Assembly (NCBI RefSeq): GCF_018350175.1
Contig: NC_058368.1
Coordinates: 17,796,001 to 17,860,000, forward strand
DNA length: 64,000 nt
Direction: 5' to 3'
Source of the DNA: Felis catus
Taxonomy: Eukaryota
Positions 37,646-51,165 of the stretch are shown here, in pieces. Made by a program: the position numbers and the translations under genes. Below the pieces are notes generated by a model, which was given only the letters and a program-made list of their open reading frames with translations, made no database searches and was not told the origin of the DNA. Position 1 is the stretch's first letter, and every line of letters begins with the position of its first letter.

Positions 37646-38796
37646 AATAAAATTCACTGAGCAGCCAGAGTACGCAGAACTCTCTCCCTGTAGCTGCCAC
37701 AGCCTGGTGAGAAACAGCAGCCCCGAACCCAACCTGGGTTCAGCACCGAAGAATACAGAAGGGAGAGAAGTTACAGTTTCCACAGCACCTCTGAAATAAC
37801 TGGATATAAAGATATATCTGCTCTCACCAAAGAAGAAAAGGTGTGCCTTTGTTGTCACATACCATTGATATTTTCAATGTAAAGCTAATTAAATTATTTG
37901 GATAATAAACTCTATTTTCCATTTTATTAAAAATAATGGCCAAGAGTTTCATTAGTTCCAGAGAGAGTAGCCATGCTCAACATGGCAGCAATGACTCCAG
38001 AAGCCTAAGGAAGAGAAATGGTTTATGAGGACAATAATCTGATTTTATTTCACTAGGGAGCAAGGCTTTCGAGTCTCTTGTTGCTTCTCACAGGGTACGG
38101 TAATGTATTTATCAAATGTCATGAGGCGTTGACTTCATATGCTCCCCTCACCAATGGCAAATAAGATTAGCATGTGAGAGAGTAGAGAAAAAGAAGCTGC
38201 TTTTCCTAACCACATTAAACCCACACTACCAGTGCCGCTGTTGAAATAAACACAACACATTTGAAAAATAACATAATCACAGAAATGTGATTAAATTCAC
38301 GACGAGCCACACTGTGTGGGTACATGTGCATGCCTCTGAAATCCACCACAGTAGGGCAAAAACCATCATCCCCTACGCACTCTACAAAGGACACAGGTAC
38401 ATTCAAGGAGACTGTTGCTTCTTAAGAGTTTTGACTGCCAGAGGCTGCATGTGGTAAAAGCCGTAATGATGAGTCAGGATGGTAGGAAAGGAAATAAGAA
38501 CAATCCACTAATGAGCAAGAGGAGAGCACAAGTTCTTGAGAGTAAAAGCCATTTCTAACACGTGTGGACTCACATCCAGACAAGTGTCAGTTTCTTAAAT
38601 GTGTTTAGTAACCAACCACATCTTCCTGGGGATAACTCGTGATTGGCAGAAAACTGAACCGTTTCGGAGATACACTTATTCTTCCAAATTTCAGAGGACT
38701 GTGTAGAAAATGACCATGAGTCAAGAATTTGACTTGATTCCCAAATCTGCAAAACAAAAAAGTGATCTTAGATAACAAAAATACAAATTTTTACTC

Positions 38797-38892
38797 TGGG
38801 AAATTGGGAAAATCAACAAATCAATGGAACAAATTGGGAAATTTGGGGAAATTGGGAAATTTTCCCAAATTGGGAAAATCACCAGATCAATG
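38797..38892. repeat. Complex local repeat of aattgggaaa units
   Basis: 26-bp direct repeat (24/26 identical) enclosing direct and inverted ttgggaaa copies. Confidence 0.85.
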
Positions 38893-39711
38893 TATTTCCC
38901 CTACATGACTGCGTTGACCTAAGAGTCTAGAACAAGTCCAAAGATGAAAAGGGTTGAGGGAGGTATGTGGATATCTACACTCAGTATATCATTCTCTTTG
39001 CATTTATCTTTACATTTTGAAAACAAATATAGAAACAATGTCAGTCCTAACCAACTCCTTCAGAAACAGAGGAAGATGGAACACATCCCAACTCATTTTA
39101 TAAGACTAATAATACCCTGATGCCTGGTCAGCCAAAGACATCACAAGAAAAGAGAACTAAAGACCAGCAGATCCAAAATAAAAAAAAAATTCTTAACAAA
39201 ATATTACCAAATTGAATAAAGAATATATAATTAGTACAATATATCATGAGCAAGTGATGGCACCATCATGACCCAGAAATTTAAGGCAATAAATGGAATT
39301 CACTAAGGTAATTCAATGGGGGAAAAGAGACTTTTCAACAAATGATGCTAAATCAACTGGATATCTGCATGAAAAAAACAAAAACAAAAAAAACCTTTGA
39401 GCCTCAACCTTATAAAACATTAAAAAATTAAGTCTGTATGGTTTATGGGGCTAAATATAGGAGCTACAAATTTTAGAAAAAACATAGTAAAAAATATTTG
39501 TGACATTGGGTTAGGTAAAGATTTCTTAAACAATGATTTCTTAAGCACTATACAAGTTAAAAGAGATTGCTAAAGAGGACTTCATCAAGGCTAAAAACTT
39601 TATCCAAAAGATACAGTTAAGAAAAAAAATACAAGCAATAGACTGAGAGAAAATATTTGCAAAATACATATCCAACAAATAGCTTGTATCCAAAATATAT
39701 AAAGAACTCTT

Positions 39712-39917
39712 GGGGCACCTGGATGGCTCAGTTGGTTAAGTGTATGAGTCTTGATTTCTGTTCAGGTTATGATCTCACAGTTTGTGAGATCGAGCACTGC
39801 TTTGGGCTCCACACTGACAGCAAGGAACCGCTTAGGATTCTCTCTCTCCCTCGCTCTCTCTGCCTCTCCCCTGCTTGTGCTCTTGCACTCTCTCTCAAAA
39901 TAAATGAGCATTAAAAA
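39712..39917 (+). mobile_element. Can-SINE (older type) inside L1
   Basis: TSD aaagaactct. Confidence 0.93.
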
Positions 39918-40080
39918 AAAGAACTCTAACAATTCAAGAAGGCAGACAAGCCAATTAAAAATAAGCAAATATTTGAACAAACAGTTCACAACAGAAGGTA
40001 TACAAATGGGCAATAGATACGTTAAAATGTGTTCAGTATCACTAGTCATTAGGGAAATATAAATTAAAACCACAATGAGT

Positions 40081-40295
40081 GGGGTGCCTGGGTGGCTCAG
40101 TCGGTTAAGCGTCTGACTTCGGCTCAGGTCATGATCTTACGGTCCGTGGGTTCGAGCCCCGTGTCGGGCTCTGTGCTGACAGCTCAGAGCCTGGAGCCTG
40201 TTTCAGATTCTGTGTCTCCCTCTTTCTCTGACCCTCCCCTGTTCATGCTCTGTCTCTCTCTGTGTCAAAAATTAATAAATGTTAAAAAAAAAAAA
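40081..40295 (+). mobile_element. Can-SINE inside L1
   Basis: TSD cacaatgagt. Confidence 0.95.
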
Positions 40296-43200
40296 CACAA
40301 TGAGTTATGACTCCACACTAATTAGATTGGCTACAGTTAAAAAGACTGACAGTAACAAGTGCCGGAGAGGGTGCGGAGTAAATGGAGCTCCCATACACTG
40401 CTGTTGAGAATGAAAAATGGTAAGGATAACTTTGGAAGACACTATCACGACATCTTACAAAATTAAAGACATACTTATCATACAACTCAGCAGTTCCATT
40501 CCTAGAAATTTATCCAAAAGAAACGACAGCTTAAATCTGTTCAAACACAACACCACAGTGACAAAAAGCAGATCTGTGATGGAGAGTGAAGGAAGAGGAG
40601 TTACAAAATGGCACAAGGAAGCTTCTTAGGATGAGGGGATCCTTCTGCCTCTTGATAGTGGGTGGTAGTTAAGGAAATGTACATGTTACACAAATTCCTC
40701 AAGTCATACCTTTAAAATGGGTCACTTTTACTGTAGGAAATACCTTAATAAATAAAATTAAAACTGTATAAATATTTCTCTTGATCTGCTGTCTCTTGGT
40801 AAAGAAAACGACACAGTCCCAAAGAAAACTACCCTGGAATAACATACCGAGGTTGAGATTTTGAGAAGAAAGTGATCAGAAATCCAGATCCTAAAATGTC
40901 AAGTCCAATCCAAGCAAACTACCTTCCAACGCCATGGAAGCATCCAGTAGCATTTTGTTTTCTGGAAAAGTGAGCCTCAGGGGGAAACAAAACAGTCCTA
41001 ACAGCTGTTTCCGGGTATGCTGAATTACATAATGGGAAAGAGCTCAGTCCTATCTCAGACAGTGACAGTCTGCCCTTAGCAAACCCTGGAGGAGGGAGAG
41101 TAAAAAGTGGGAGCAGGGCTGGGGGGGGGGGGGAAGGCGGGGATCAATGCCAACCAGAGACAGGAAACTGACGAATGAACCAGTAGAAAAGTACCAGGGG
41201 AAAGGAGGTTAGGGGAAAAGCCGACGAAGGGCTGCAGGATAGATAGCAAAGGAAAAGCACAAGGAAAATAACAGATGTGAGAACGAATATGAAGGCGGTT
41301 GTGAAAGCAAGCAGAGTTGGAATCCAAGCAGAGCAAGTGAGGAGAGAAAAGAAGGATGTGGGAACTTCAAAAAGAAAGAAAAAGGGAAAAAAATGAAGCT
41401 AAGGAGGGATGAGAAGTCCAAATTTGGATGAGAATGTAAGATGTGAGCCTGCCAGTGTATTATTTTGCCGCAAAATTAAAAATATTTTAAGGAAATACCA
41501 GAGAAATAACTTGAATTTCTTTCCAGATGTCCTCAACATATTTTCTTCCCTTCTATGAAATATAACCTTTCTGGGGCCTTTCAAAATCTTAGTTGGCTCC
41601 CTTAAACCTAAATCACTCAGTTTGAGACATGGATTCTCTTCCAAGGACGTTTCAATCTACGCATTATTTTCTTATAATTCTTTTCAAAGAATTCAAAATG
41701 CTTGTGGAATAATGTCCCCTGTGAAGCTGAGAGCCAAGAAGGAGATATAGTATCAGGATATACCCATATTCTGGTTCCAGGTCTGTGAGCAACTGTGTGA
41801 GTTAGACAAGTCCCTCAACTTCTCTGTGTGTTGTGTGGATGTGTGTGTCTGTGTGCGCACACGCTCGTGTGTTTTAACAAAACAAACTCTCTTGCAGTCT
41901 ATTTATTTTACCCTTCTTTCTCCCTTACTGCTTCCTTTGTTCCTTCTGTCCCTCAGGCTTCTTCTTTTCGCCCTCTCTCCTTCCCTTCTCTTGTTATCTC
42001 CTTCCGAATTCCCAGCATACACCCTACTGAGCACCGTGCCAACACTCCTGGAGACACAAAACCACAAGGCGTTCAGTTCCACTCAGGATTTGGAACTCAC
42101 TTGGCGACAGCTAATTTCTCAGTAATTTTCAGTGTTTTGACATTTAGGAGAAGCAGTTAGTAGCGGTTCCATCCTTCAGTATTAATCCTTTTAAGTATAA
42201 AAGCAAGACTTTATTTAACTGTGGGAATTTAAGCCTTTCTGGATACAGCAATTTTCTAGTTACACATTCTTATTTATCTCCCCATTTCCTTTAAACGTCA
42301 CGTCTGTCACGTCTTTACAATTCGGTTTGGAACTCTAAAGCTCAGCCCGACCAGACAGCCTGAGGGTCCTGAGGAGTTGAGGCTACAAACACAACCCTGT
42401 GAATTTCAAGATAATCATCCGTGGCAACAAGGAAATCTCCAACAACCTAAAACAAATATTTTCAGCAAAGAAAATGTGCCTCCTTTTAGCAAAGAATTGG
42501 CTGTGTAAGAAATCACTTAAAGTAGGTTTGAAAATACGCTGTCATTGGCATATCAACGAAGCTTTCAACATACCTTAGATTCCCACAATTATCAGAAAGA
42601 ATGTGATATAAGGATCTTTTTTAAAAAGATAATATACCTTTGTATATCTCATTCCCTTCTCTTCTTAACCTACTTTGTGCCATTCAATAAACCCCTGGAG
42701 CACCTACTGGAAATTCTCTTCCCACGCTATGACTAATTGATCTCTGTAAACTGGCAGGCATCTCAACCAAAGCTTCACACAAGATGCTTGGTAGTCTACC
42801 TGATACAACCCTTGAGCCACGGCAGGCTGAAGAAGGAGTAAAGCTTACATGTCTCTTGATACAAGCCAAGGCTCAAGGATCCCGTGGTGGATTATCTTAA
42901 AATAAGATTACGAAAAGCCTTCTGATTACACAGATAAGAAACTCCAATCCTTTCCTTTGGGACAAAAATGACATCCCTGCTTGTCTCGGAGTTTCTCCCT
43001 CTCTAGGTTTCCCTAGTGCTTTCCAATGATTGCTCAAAAGGAGACAATGCAACAAGAACCACAGGGAAAATATTAAAGGTGCAGGCTTGCAAGACAACAT
43101 GCACGCAGGTATTAAAATGGGAAGAGAGAAAGCAACACAACAAACAAGCAGCCAGCTCAAGATTCATAGCATCTTCCAGCAATTCTAAATCATGATTTCT

Positions 43201-43646
43201 CAAAGAGCCATTGCTGGCTCTTTTCAGTTACTTGGTACAAAACCCAGGACAACATTTGTGGGCATTTAATACACCATATTTGATGGCAAAACAAATGGAA
43301 ACAGTGTTGGTTATTTTGGGAGTCATGCTCCTAAGTGATTTAAACTCTTAACAGATGCTCTGCGTAGGCGTTAGTACCCTTGGTGTAGATACTTAGTTTG
43401 CTCTTTGGAAACATTAATGGGGAGAAAAGACTGTGGTCCTGCCAGTGCTGTAAAACCAAATGTCCTCTCATCTGTGTGTGTTCACAGCTACACGTGCAAG
43501 GTCAAGTTGCGGAGAGCATAACTCCACAGTCAACGGCCCATCTGGAGAACCTGAACATCCACAAGTCACTGTCCCCTGGGCAAGTTTTTCCTTATAGCTG
43601 AGGTTTGTATTCAGAGATGCTTAGGCTAATCTATACCCAGAAGGCA

Positions 43647-43672
43647 AACAACAACAACAACAACAACAACAA
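43647..43672. repeat. (AAC)n
   Basis: Direct read. Confidence 0.9.
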
Positions 43673-43761
43673 AAGACCCTTACAATAATTACACCAGGAG
43701 AAGGGACCAAGGAGGTTGGGATGGACGGATGATGGCAAAAACCAGCATAAAAATCCACCTG

Positions 43762-43872
43762 GGGGGGGGGGGGGCGCCTGAGGGCTCAGTCGGTTAAGTA
43801 TCTGACTCTTGATTTAGGCTCAGATCATGATCTTGTGGTTCATGAGTTCATTTTTAAAAAAAAAAACTTAAA
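43762..43872 (+). mobile_element. Head-only Can-SINE with tail and TSD
   Basis: G run plus head to catgagttca, then tttttaaaa tail; TSD aaaaatccacctg. Confidence 0.9.
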
Positions 43873-44729
43873 AAAAATCCACCTGAAAACCTGCTGCTGA
43901 TGGATATGTATTTAAAAAGTCTCAAAGCAGCAGACAATGGCACATCCAGTTGGAATTTCTTCCTCCCTTAATATGAACTTAGCGTAGACATTTGTCAGGT
44001 TATCAACCATTACTATATTTTCAATCCCTGAAAAAAAAAGAGAGAACTCTCACAACAAAAGAGCAGACTAGGATTTGTAGAAAAAAAGGCCCACGGCTGG
44101 GTCCGTCATCTGGGGATTATCGCAAAGTCAGTCCCCCATCTCAGGTCAGTGCTTAGCAGAGGTAGGCCTGCCTCAGAGAGTTTCCTGCCTCAGAGGCTCA
44201 GGGAACTTGACCTTCTGCCAGGAGGCCAACCTTCTCTTACTGAACTAACCTGTATCCTATAACTCCTAATGGATGGAGCAGACACTTTGCCCTCATTATC
44301 TCCCTTTTCAGAAAGCCTGGAGATGACAGTGTGCTGACACTCCCTCAGAGTAAGGAGAAGGGAACGCTCAACCCTCAGAAACACTCTCCCAAGGATTTAT
44401 TTTTCCAAATGTCACTATGAAACAGTGCTCCTTGGATACAGCTTCTTTTGGACAACAGCTAAAATTCCTTTGCTTTTACTGCCTTTTCTTTTTTCCCCCT
44501 AACATGTATCCTACTAGATCTCATGCACCATGTCTCTGGGAAAGTTTAGTGAGTTGACGATATCTGGCCTTTGCTTTCACTTGCATAATTGTCAGGATGT
44601 TTAAAATGATCTCTCTCTACAAATATTCCCCAATTCTACTATCCTATCCCTAAAATGTTGTCTGTCATTCGAGGACTTTTAGAGAAAGGGAACAAACCCG
44701 TATGAAGCAACAAGTAAGCGTCACAGATC

Positions 44730-44860
44730 TCACACTATGAAGTGGGCAGTGGATATTACCGTCACTATTGCATAGATAAGGAAGCGAATTCAGGTAAGTG
44801 TCACAAGTGGCACATGGCAGAAGCAAGGACCAAACCCAAGGCCGTGTGATTCCAAGTTCC
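44730..44860 (-). mobile_element. MIR fragment
   Basis: attattaccgtcactattgcatagataaggaagcga-like core; ggcagaagcaaggaccaaaccc. Confidence 0.55.
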
Positions 44861-46565
44861 AGCAGTATCCTTTCCTCTGCTCATTCTGACTCTCAGAAAT
44901 CCTGGGAGTTGAAGTTTTGTGAGGTCAAGGCGAGAGTCACTCCTGACAGGCTTGGGATCATTCTTCGGGTTAGGGCTGGGAGTCTTATCATGGTCATTCT
45001 TAAGGAAAAAGCTAAAACAAACGAAGCTGCGATAATATAAGCTCTTATTGGCTAATGCCCTCTGGTTCTGCAAGAAGGGTCTCATGAGCATGTTTAGGAA
45101 GGGGAAGTAGCTTCCAGGGGAACTTTATATCCTACACAGGTATACTGTACCTCACCCCCAAAGCCATCTAAGGCTGCAACAGGAAATGGGTCTCCATCAC
45201 AACTGTCAACGCAGATTAAGAGATGCTATCAAGAGTGATGGGTTGAAAAGGTTCTGGGTCATGACAAGAGTACAGAATCAATTATGAAAGGCTAACTGCC
45301 CTCCCTTCATTTGTGCGGCTATTAAGAGTCTGGCCGAGTAATTTCAACCTCATAAGACTTTAGTTTCTCTTACTATCATCCCTACAGCTTCTCCCCAACC
45401 GTAAAATGATTCTGTTCATCGGGAATTGACACATTTTCAAAACTGAGACAGTAGACCTAAGATCTACTGTGGATCCTACTGTACTTACTCCACTGATATT
45501 GACATAGTTGGTACAACCTGATTAGAGGCCACCTTGTCTGAGTACTTATATTGATTATAAAACTATGTAATGTAACATAATAGTATCCAATATAAAATGA
45601 TCTAATCTATCCAAAACTTCCTATTAACACATACCTTGCATACAAATATTAATTTGGGTAGGGCCAAAGGTCATAGTCCCTTAGTATCTCAGTGGGGGCT
45701 AGTGACAGTCCATGAGTCATCATGAGGTATGGAGGCTCTACTGTTAAATGAAAAAGGTCTAAAGATTTCAGCCAGAGACTTTCAATCCGCCAAGTTAGGA
45801 GAAGAGGGCAGGAGGGTGTGGAACATCCTAGCTCTTAATCTTAGTTGTGAGGAATTCCTGTGAAATCACTGGTTTCCTGAGGGACTCTGTTGTAACCCAT
45901 CCACACAATGATTGGCCGTGAACAAACGAACCGATCTTGATGTAAGTGCACACTGCACGCTTGGCCTGGGATTCCCACCCATCTGGCTGTAGGCTTTCTA
46001 GATGCACAAATCGAGCAACCCTAATATGTTGATGCTAATTGGACACAAAGCCCTCACTGTGACAACGTAGCCTTCATGTGTTCTTGTTGGCAAGGCTTTG
46101 GAGTCATGATCCAAATGTTCACAAGCTCTACACAAGTAAAATATGCCAGGCACAAAGGGAATTATGAACTAAGGAGCTGTTTAGAAAAAGTGAGTTTTCA
46201 AGTAGGTCAGTGATTTACATTTCTTTCTTATAAGCTCAGCGATGAAGTAGTTCATGAATTAGAACTCAAAGGAGTGACGCATTAAAAAAAAATCTCTAGT
46301 TCAGAATAGAGACATCAGTGAGAATAAGTGGGGTATATCAAACTACAAGTGGTATTTTGGGGCCAATTAAATCTTTCCAGTGGTAATTTTTATGCAAATC
46401 AGTGAATTAAGGGACTGATGCTAGCAAACACACCCTATATAAAAGAGCAAAAGATAATCACTCCACATTTCACCCACACCAACAAAGTAAAAATAACTAA
46501 GTAAACAGAGATGTAAGTCAGATGAAACCAAGGGTAAATGCATAACCCCAAACACCATTAATATT

Positions 46566-47443
46566 GGGACTTCCACAGAAGATGTCAGAGTAAGAGGACC
46601 CTAAGCTCACCTCGTCCCATGGATACAACTTGATAACACCCACATCAGTGTAAATAACCCAGAAAGGGACTCGAAGACTGGAAGAACAGACTTTCCACAG
46701 CTAAAGGGAGAGAAGAGGCCACATTGACGAGGACAGAAAGGGTGGAGACACTGTCGGGAGCGACACAGACCTGCCAGACTGTGCAAAGGAGGGAAGGACT
46801 CTGTAGGTGTGGCAAGGGGAGAGGAGCAGACCTTCCACCAGGAAGCCCATATGGGGAAGATGAATCCTCCTAAAATTTGGCTTTGAAAATCAGAGGGGTT
46901 GAATTTTGCAAATTCTTACAACTAGTGGGGCTTCAAACCTAGAATTTTAAAAATCAGCAGGCTTGTGAGAGAGCCAGCCCAAGCAGTCATCAACAGATGG
47001 ATGGATAAAAAAGAGGTGATATATATATATATACATATAATATATATATATGTGTGTGTATATATATATATATGTACATATATATATAATGCACTATATA
47101 TATATAATGCACTATTACTCACCCATAAAAAAGAATAAAATCTTGCCATTTGCAAGATTCCATATATGATTTCATTCACATACGGAATTTAAGAAACAAA
47201 ACAAATGAACAAAGAAAAAAGAGACAAAAAACAGACTCTTAACTATAGAGAACAAACCAATAGTTACCAGAGGGGAGGGAGGTGGTGGGGAAGGGTGATA
47301 TAGGTGATGGGGACTGAAGAGTATGCTTATCAAGATGGGAGGTGAGCACTGAGTAATGTACAGAAGTGTTGAATCACTATTTTGTATATCTGAAACTTAT
47401 ATGGCACTGTATGTTAACTATATTGGAATTACATTTAAAAAAA
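46566..47443 (+). mobile_element. Internally deleted L1 (5' UTR-like segment fused to carnivore-type 3' end)
   Basis: gggacttcc..aagatg..agagtaagaggaccctaagctcacctcgtccc start; from ~46975 matches the L1 3' end at 24140-24640. Confidence 0.75.
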
Positions 47444-48457
47444 GTGGATGGAAATGTTTCACATCTTTAAAGAGAAAGACCATTATTACTGAATTTTGGA
47501 GGAACTGTAGTACTTGACTCCATGTGAAAGAATGGATGTAAAAAAAAAGTTTTAAACCAAAATGCTCCAAAAAACGTATGGAAAACCAATCTGCAGTTCT
47601 TTTAATTCTATTCACTAGTCTATTAATTAAAGGTGTAACTAAGTATTATTTTATTTCTGTAACATTTGAAAGTCTCAGTGTAAATAAATTCAAATATTAG
47701 GGGAAAAAACAGTCTTTTCTTAGACTCAATTTCTTGATTTGAGTTTTGAATATTTGCCCACTACAGAAATAAAGTAGATAACCTATTTCCAGAGACTGGG
47801 AAATTGTGAACTTGTTTCTCTCCTTAATCAGTAACATACAAGGGGAGGGGAGGGGAGGAAACATGGTTTTAACTGTTATTCAAGCTAATTATGCCAGAAT
47901 GAGATCTCTGATTCACGTGTTGAAGGAGTCCTTCAGATAATTCATTACCTATTATATCAGGGAATACTGTCTTCTAAAAGGGGCGCTTATTAGCTAAAGA
48001 AGAACAAAAAGGCAATAATCTTCAGGGATGGCTGCTGTCAAACAACATAAATCAGAGACCATCATTGATTAACTAATTTGAGTAGTGAAGACAGATGTGG
48101 TTGCTATGGCAGTAAAGGAAGGGTTGAAGATTTGATCACCTGAATGATTCCTTATTCTCCTGGGATTTCACAGAAATCAGAAACCACAAAGAGAAACCGC
48201 CCACCAGGTTACTGACTGTAACTATAAAATAATAATACTTTGCAATCACTTCTATTCTGGAGAGTTTAAATGGCTTTACCGCTACTAATTTTTAGGGTGA
48301 CCTGTGATAGCAAGGGGCATCCTCATCTATCATTAAGAGGACATTCAGTGAGGAGATTCCTGGATAGCACATCAGTGACAGCTCAAAAATTCTAGGGTCC
48401 TCCTATCCCTGTGGCTGCTAAAGAACTCATCCCCCTAATTTAGAAACTACCCAACAT

Positions 48458-48680
48458 GGGGCGCCTGGGTGGCTTGGTCGGTTGAGCGTCCGACTTCGGC
48501 TCAGGTCATGATCTCACGGTCCGTGGGTTCAAGCCCCGCGTCAGGCTTTGCGCTGACAGCTCAGAGCCTGGAGCCTGTTTCGGATTCTGTGTCTCCCTCT
48601 CTCTCTGCCCCTCCCCTGTTCATGCTCTGTTTCTCTCTGTCTCAAAAATAAATAAATGTTAAAAAAAAAAAAAAAAAAAA
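48458..48680 (+). mobile_element. Can-SINE, recent-looking
   Basis: Perfect 16-bp TSD agaaactacccaacat; pure A tail ~20 nt. Confidence 0.97.
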
Positions 48681-49835
48681 AGAAACTACCCAACATATTC
48701 AACATTAATTCTTACCCAATTAATGCAATTTTAGGTTAAAGGAAATGAGAGTCCCACTGTCCTGAAATCGTATCTTCCATATTGTTGCCCTCCATCCCGG
48801 CAACCAACGCATTCCAGAAGGAATGTTTAGGAGCCAAGCACACCATGGTGCTAGGGATGCTCCTCCAGAAAAGAGAAACTGAGAAATTACTTCATAATCC
48901 TAGTCGGAAGATATTTGAAATGTTTATCTGTAGGAAAAAAAAAAAAGATCAAAGCTATTCTTTACATGGTTTCAAGGGACAGAATTCCAGAGTGGCCTCA
49001 GAGAACAGAGACATTCCATTTTAAGGACGCTACTTTGAACCAACATGAAGGAGAAAGGAGTCACCTGCATGGAGAAAGCATTCCTTTCACTGAAAAATGG
49101 TGTGGCAGTGGCCATTAATGAAATACTAAGATGTTTGTTTGGAAAATTTCTTCTCATTGCTCCAAGACTAGGCCAGAGAAGCTCAATGGTGGCTTCCTCT
49201 AAAGTCTGTGGCTGTGATCCTAAGTGGGGTACTGCTGGGTAGAACGTTTAAGTCCTTCCCTGGAGCACTGCCTTCTATACTCTTTGAAAGAGTATTTTCC
49301 TTTTGAATGCCCGCCTTTTGCTCTGAGTGGGCTCTCTTTTATGGAGAAAGACCACCTTTCCATTCTTCAGATCTGTTCTTTCACTAGGAGGAGAGATTTG
49401 AAAACATTTTTAGAAAGTCTTGAAATGTTCAGCTAAAACATTTGTGAGTTTGACTGACAGTTGATTGATTTTCCTGTTTCCGTCAATATTGCCACATAAT
49501 TCTAGACACTCCCAGATGGAGAAAAATGGAACACTCAGTCACGAAGACTGAGGTAGAGGGGAGAAGAGGGTGATATCCCAATTCAGATTCACCTCTACTT
49601 GGATATCAGCACAAATGCAAACCAGCAAATATTAATTATACACTAAGCACAGGAGAAAAGCAGGGATGAACATTTCTCTGTATTTATACCTCATCATCTT
49701 GCGCAGACGATTTGAAGCACCAATAAGTATGATTGATACACAGTGCCTGACTTCACAAAGTTCACAGAGTAATAAGAGAAATAAGACAATACTTAGAGTA
49801 CTCTTCCTTGTGTGGTGCTTTTTAGGGAAGATTTA

Positions 49836-50129
49836 TTTTATTTTACTTACTTAGTTTAATTTAGTTTAATTTAATTTAGTTTAATTTAATTTAGTTTAGT
49901 TTAGTTTAATTTTAATTGTATTTAAGTTTATTTATTTTCTTTTATTTTGAAACAGAGAGAGCATGTGCAGGGAGGGAGGGGCAGAGGGAGAGGCAGAGAG
50001 GGAGAGGGAGAGAGAGAGAACCTTAAGCAGGCTCCACGCACAGTGTGGAGCCCAAAGTGGGGCTTAATCTCCCAAGCCGACCCAAAATCAAGAGTCAGGC
50101 ACTTAACCAACTGAGCCACCAAGCACCCC
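49836..50129 (-). mobile_element. Can-SINE with pentamer (TTTAG/TTTAA)n tail
   Basis: TSD gggaag(g)attta; repeat 49851-49915; small internal deletion. Confidence 0.92.
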
Positions 50130-50533
50130 GGGAAGGATTTAATTAGTAGTTTGGAGCCCAGGCTTCAGAATCAGTTGGCCTGAGCTGAAATAAGACTCAG
50201 TCTATGACAAATAATGTGACCCTAGGTCATTCAGAATATCTCTTCATTTTGTAGCATTTATAAAAGTAACGAAAGCCTTCGCTCGTCATTCACCTCTCTG
50301 TAAAAATAAATAATAAGGTTATAGAAGATTCCATGGTTCATCAGCAAACACTTTTTCTGACCAAATCTCTCAAACATCTATCACATGGTGACATTGCAGA
50401 ATAAATTACTTTTGTTGTTCTTATATAGGTCTTTCTGGCTTTTATGTAACCATATATTAAATATATGAGGGCTAAACATAGAAATTTTGCACTATATTAA
50501 TTCACCTATTGGCTTTATTCTTTAAGTCCTACA

Positions 50534-50778
50534 TTTTTTAAAATTTTTAAAAATGTTTTATTTATTTTTGAGAGACAGAGAAAGACACACACACACACAC
50601 ACACACACAGAGCACAAACGGGGGACGGGCAGAGAGAAAGGGAGACACAAAATCCGAAGCAGGCTCCAGGCTCTGGGCTGTCAGCACTGAGCCCAACACG
50701 GGGCTTGAACCCACGAACCATAAGATCATGACCTGAGCCGAAGCTGAATGCTTAACCGACTGAACCACCCAAGCACCC
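50534..50778 (-). mobile_element. Can-SINE with internal (AC)n
   Basis: Full element; short TSD agtccta. Confidence 0.94.
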
Positions 50779-51049
50779 TAGTCCTATGCTATTTTTTTTA
50801 ATAAACTGGCCTGGTTACTTAAGGACAGAATGATGAAGACAACTTATAGGTCTACCATGCTAAAAGAAAAAGAAAGGTGAGTTCTGATAATATCAGGCAA
50901 AGGGCTAGAGCAGTTATGATCCTTATTTACAGAGGGAGGCTGGGTTTACTCTTCACCATCTCCTTGGTATCCCCACTGCATGGGACCTGTTCCCATCACT
51001 GCCTTTATTCACTTAGGATTCCTATCTCTCTTCTAGATTCTTCTACATT

Positions 51050-51165
51050 CCAAGTTTCCTGAGTTTGAGTATCATGTCTTATTTGTGTTTTTATTCCTAA
51101 AGTTTAGTGCAACGCTTGACATATGGAAAGCATACATGTGTGTTGAATGGGTGAGTTAACGAATC
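51050..51165 (+). mobile_element. L2 3' end
   Basis: catgtcttatttgtgtttttattcc...ttagtgcaacgcttgacatat...tgttgaatgggtgag. Confidence 0.55.

Larger units (their letters stand above)
39040..40765 (+). mobile_element. Old L1 ORF2/3' end fragments
   Basis: catcccaactcattttat..., ttttcaacaaatgatgct, gagaaaatatttgcaaa, agggaaatataaattaaaaccacaatgag. Confidence 0.85.

Noticed and set aside
44788..44800. Plus-strand CAG|GTAAGT donor
   Set aside because: Lies within a MIR remnant and has no matching acceptor
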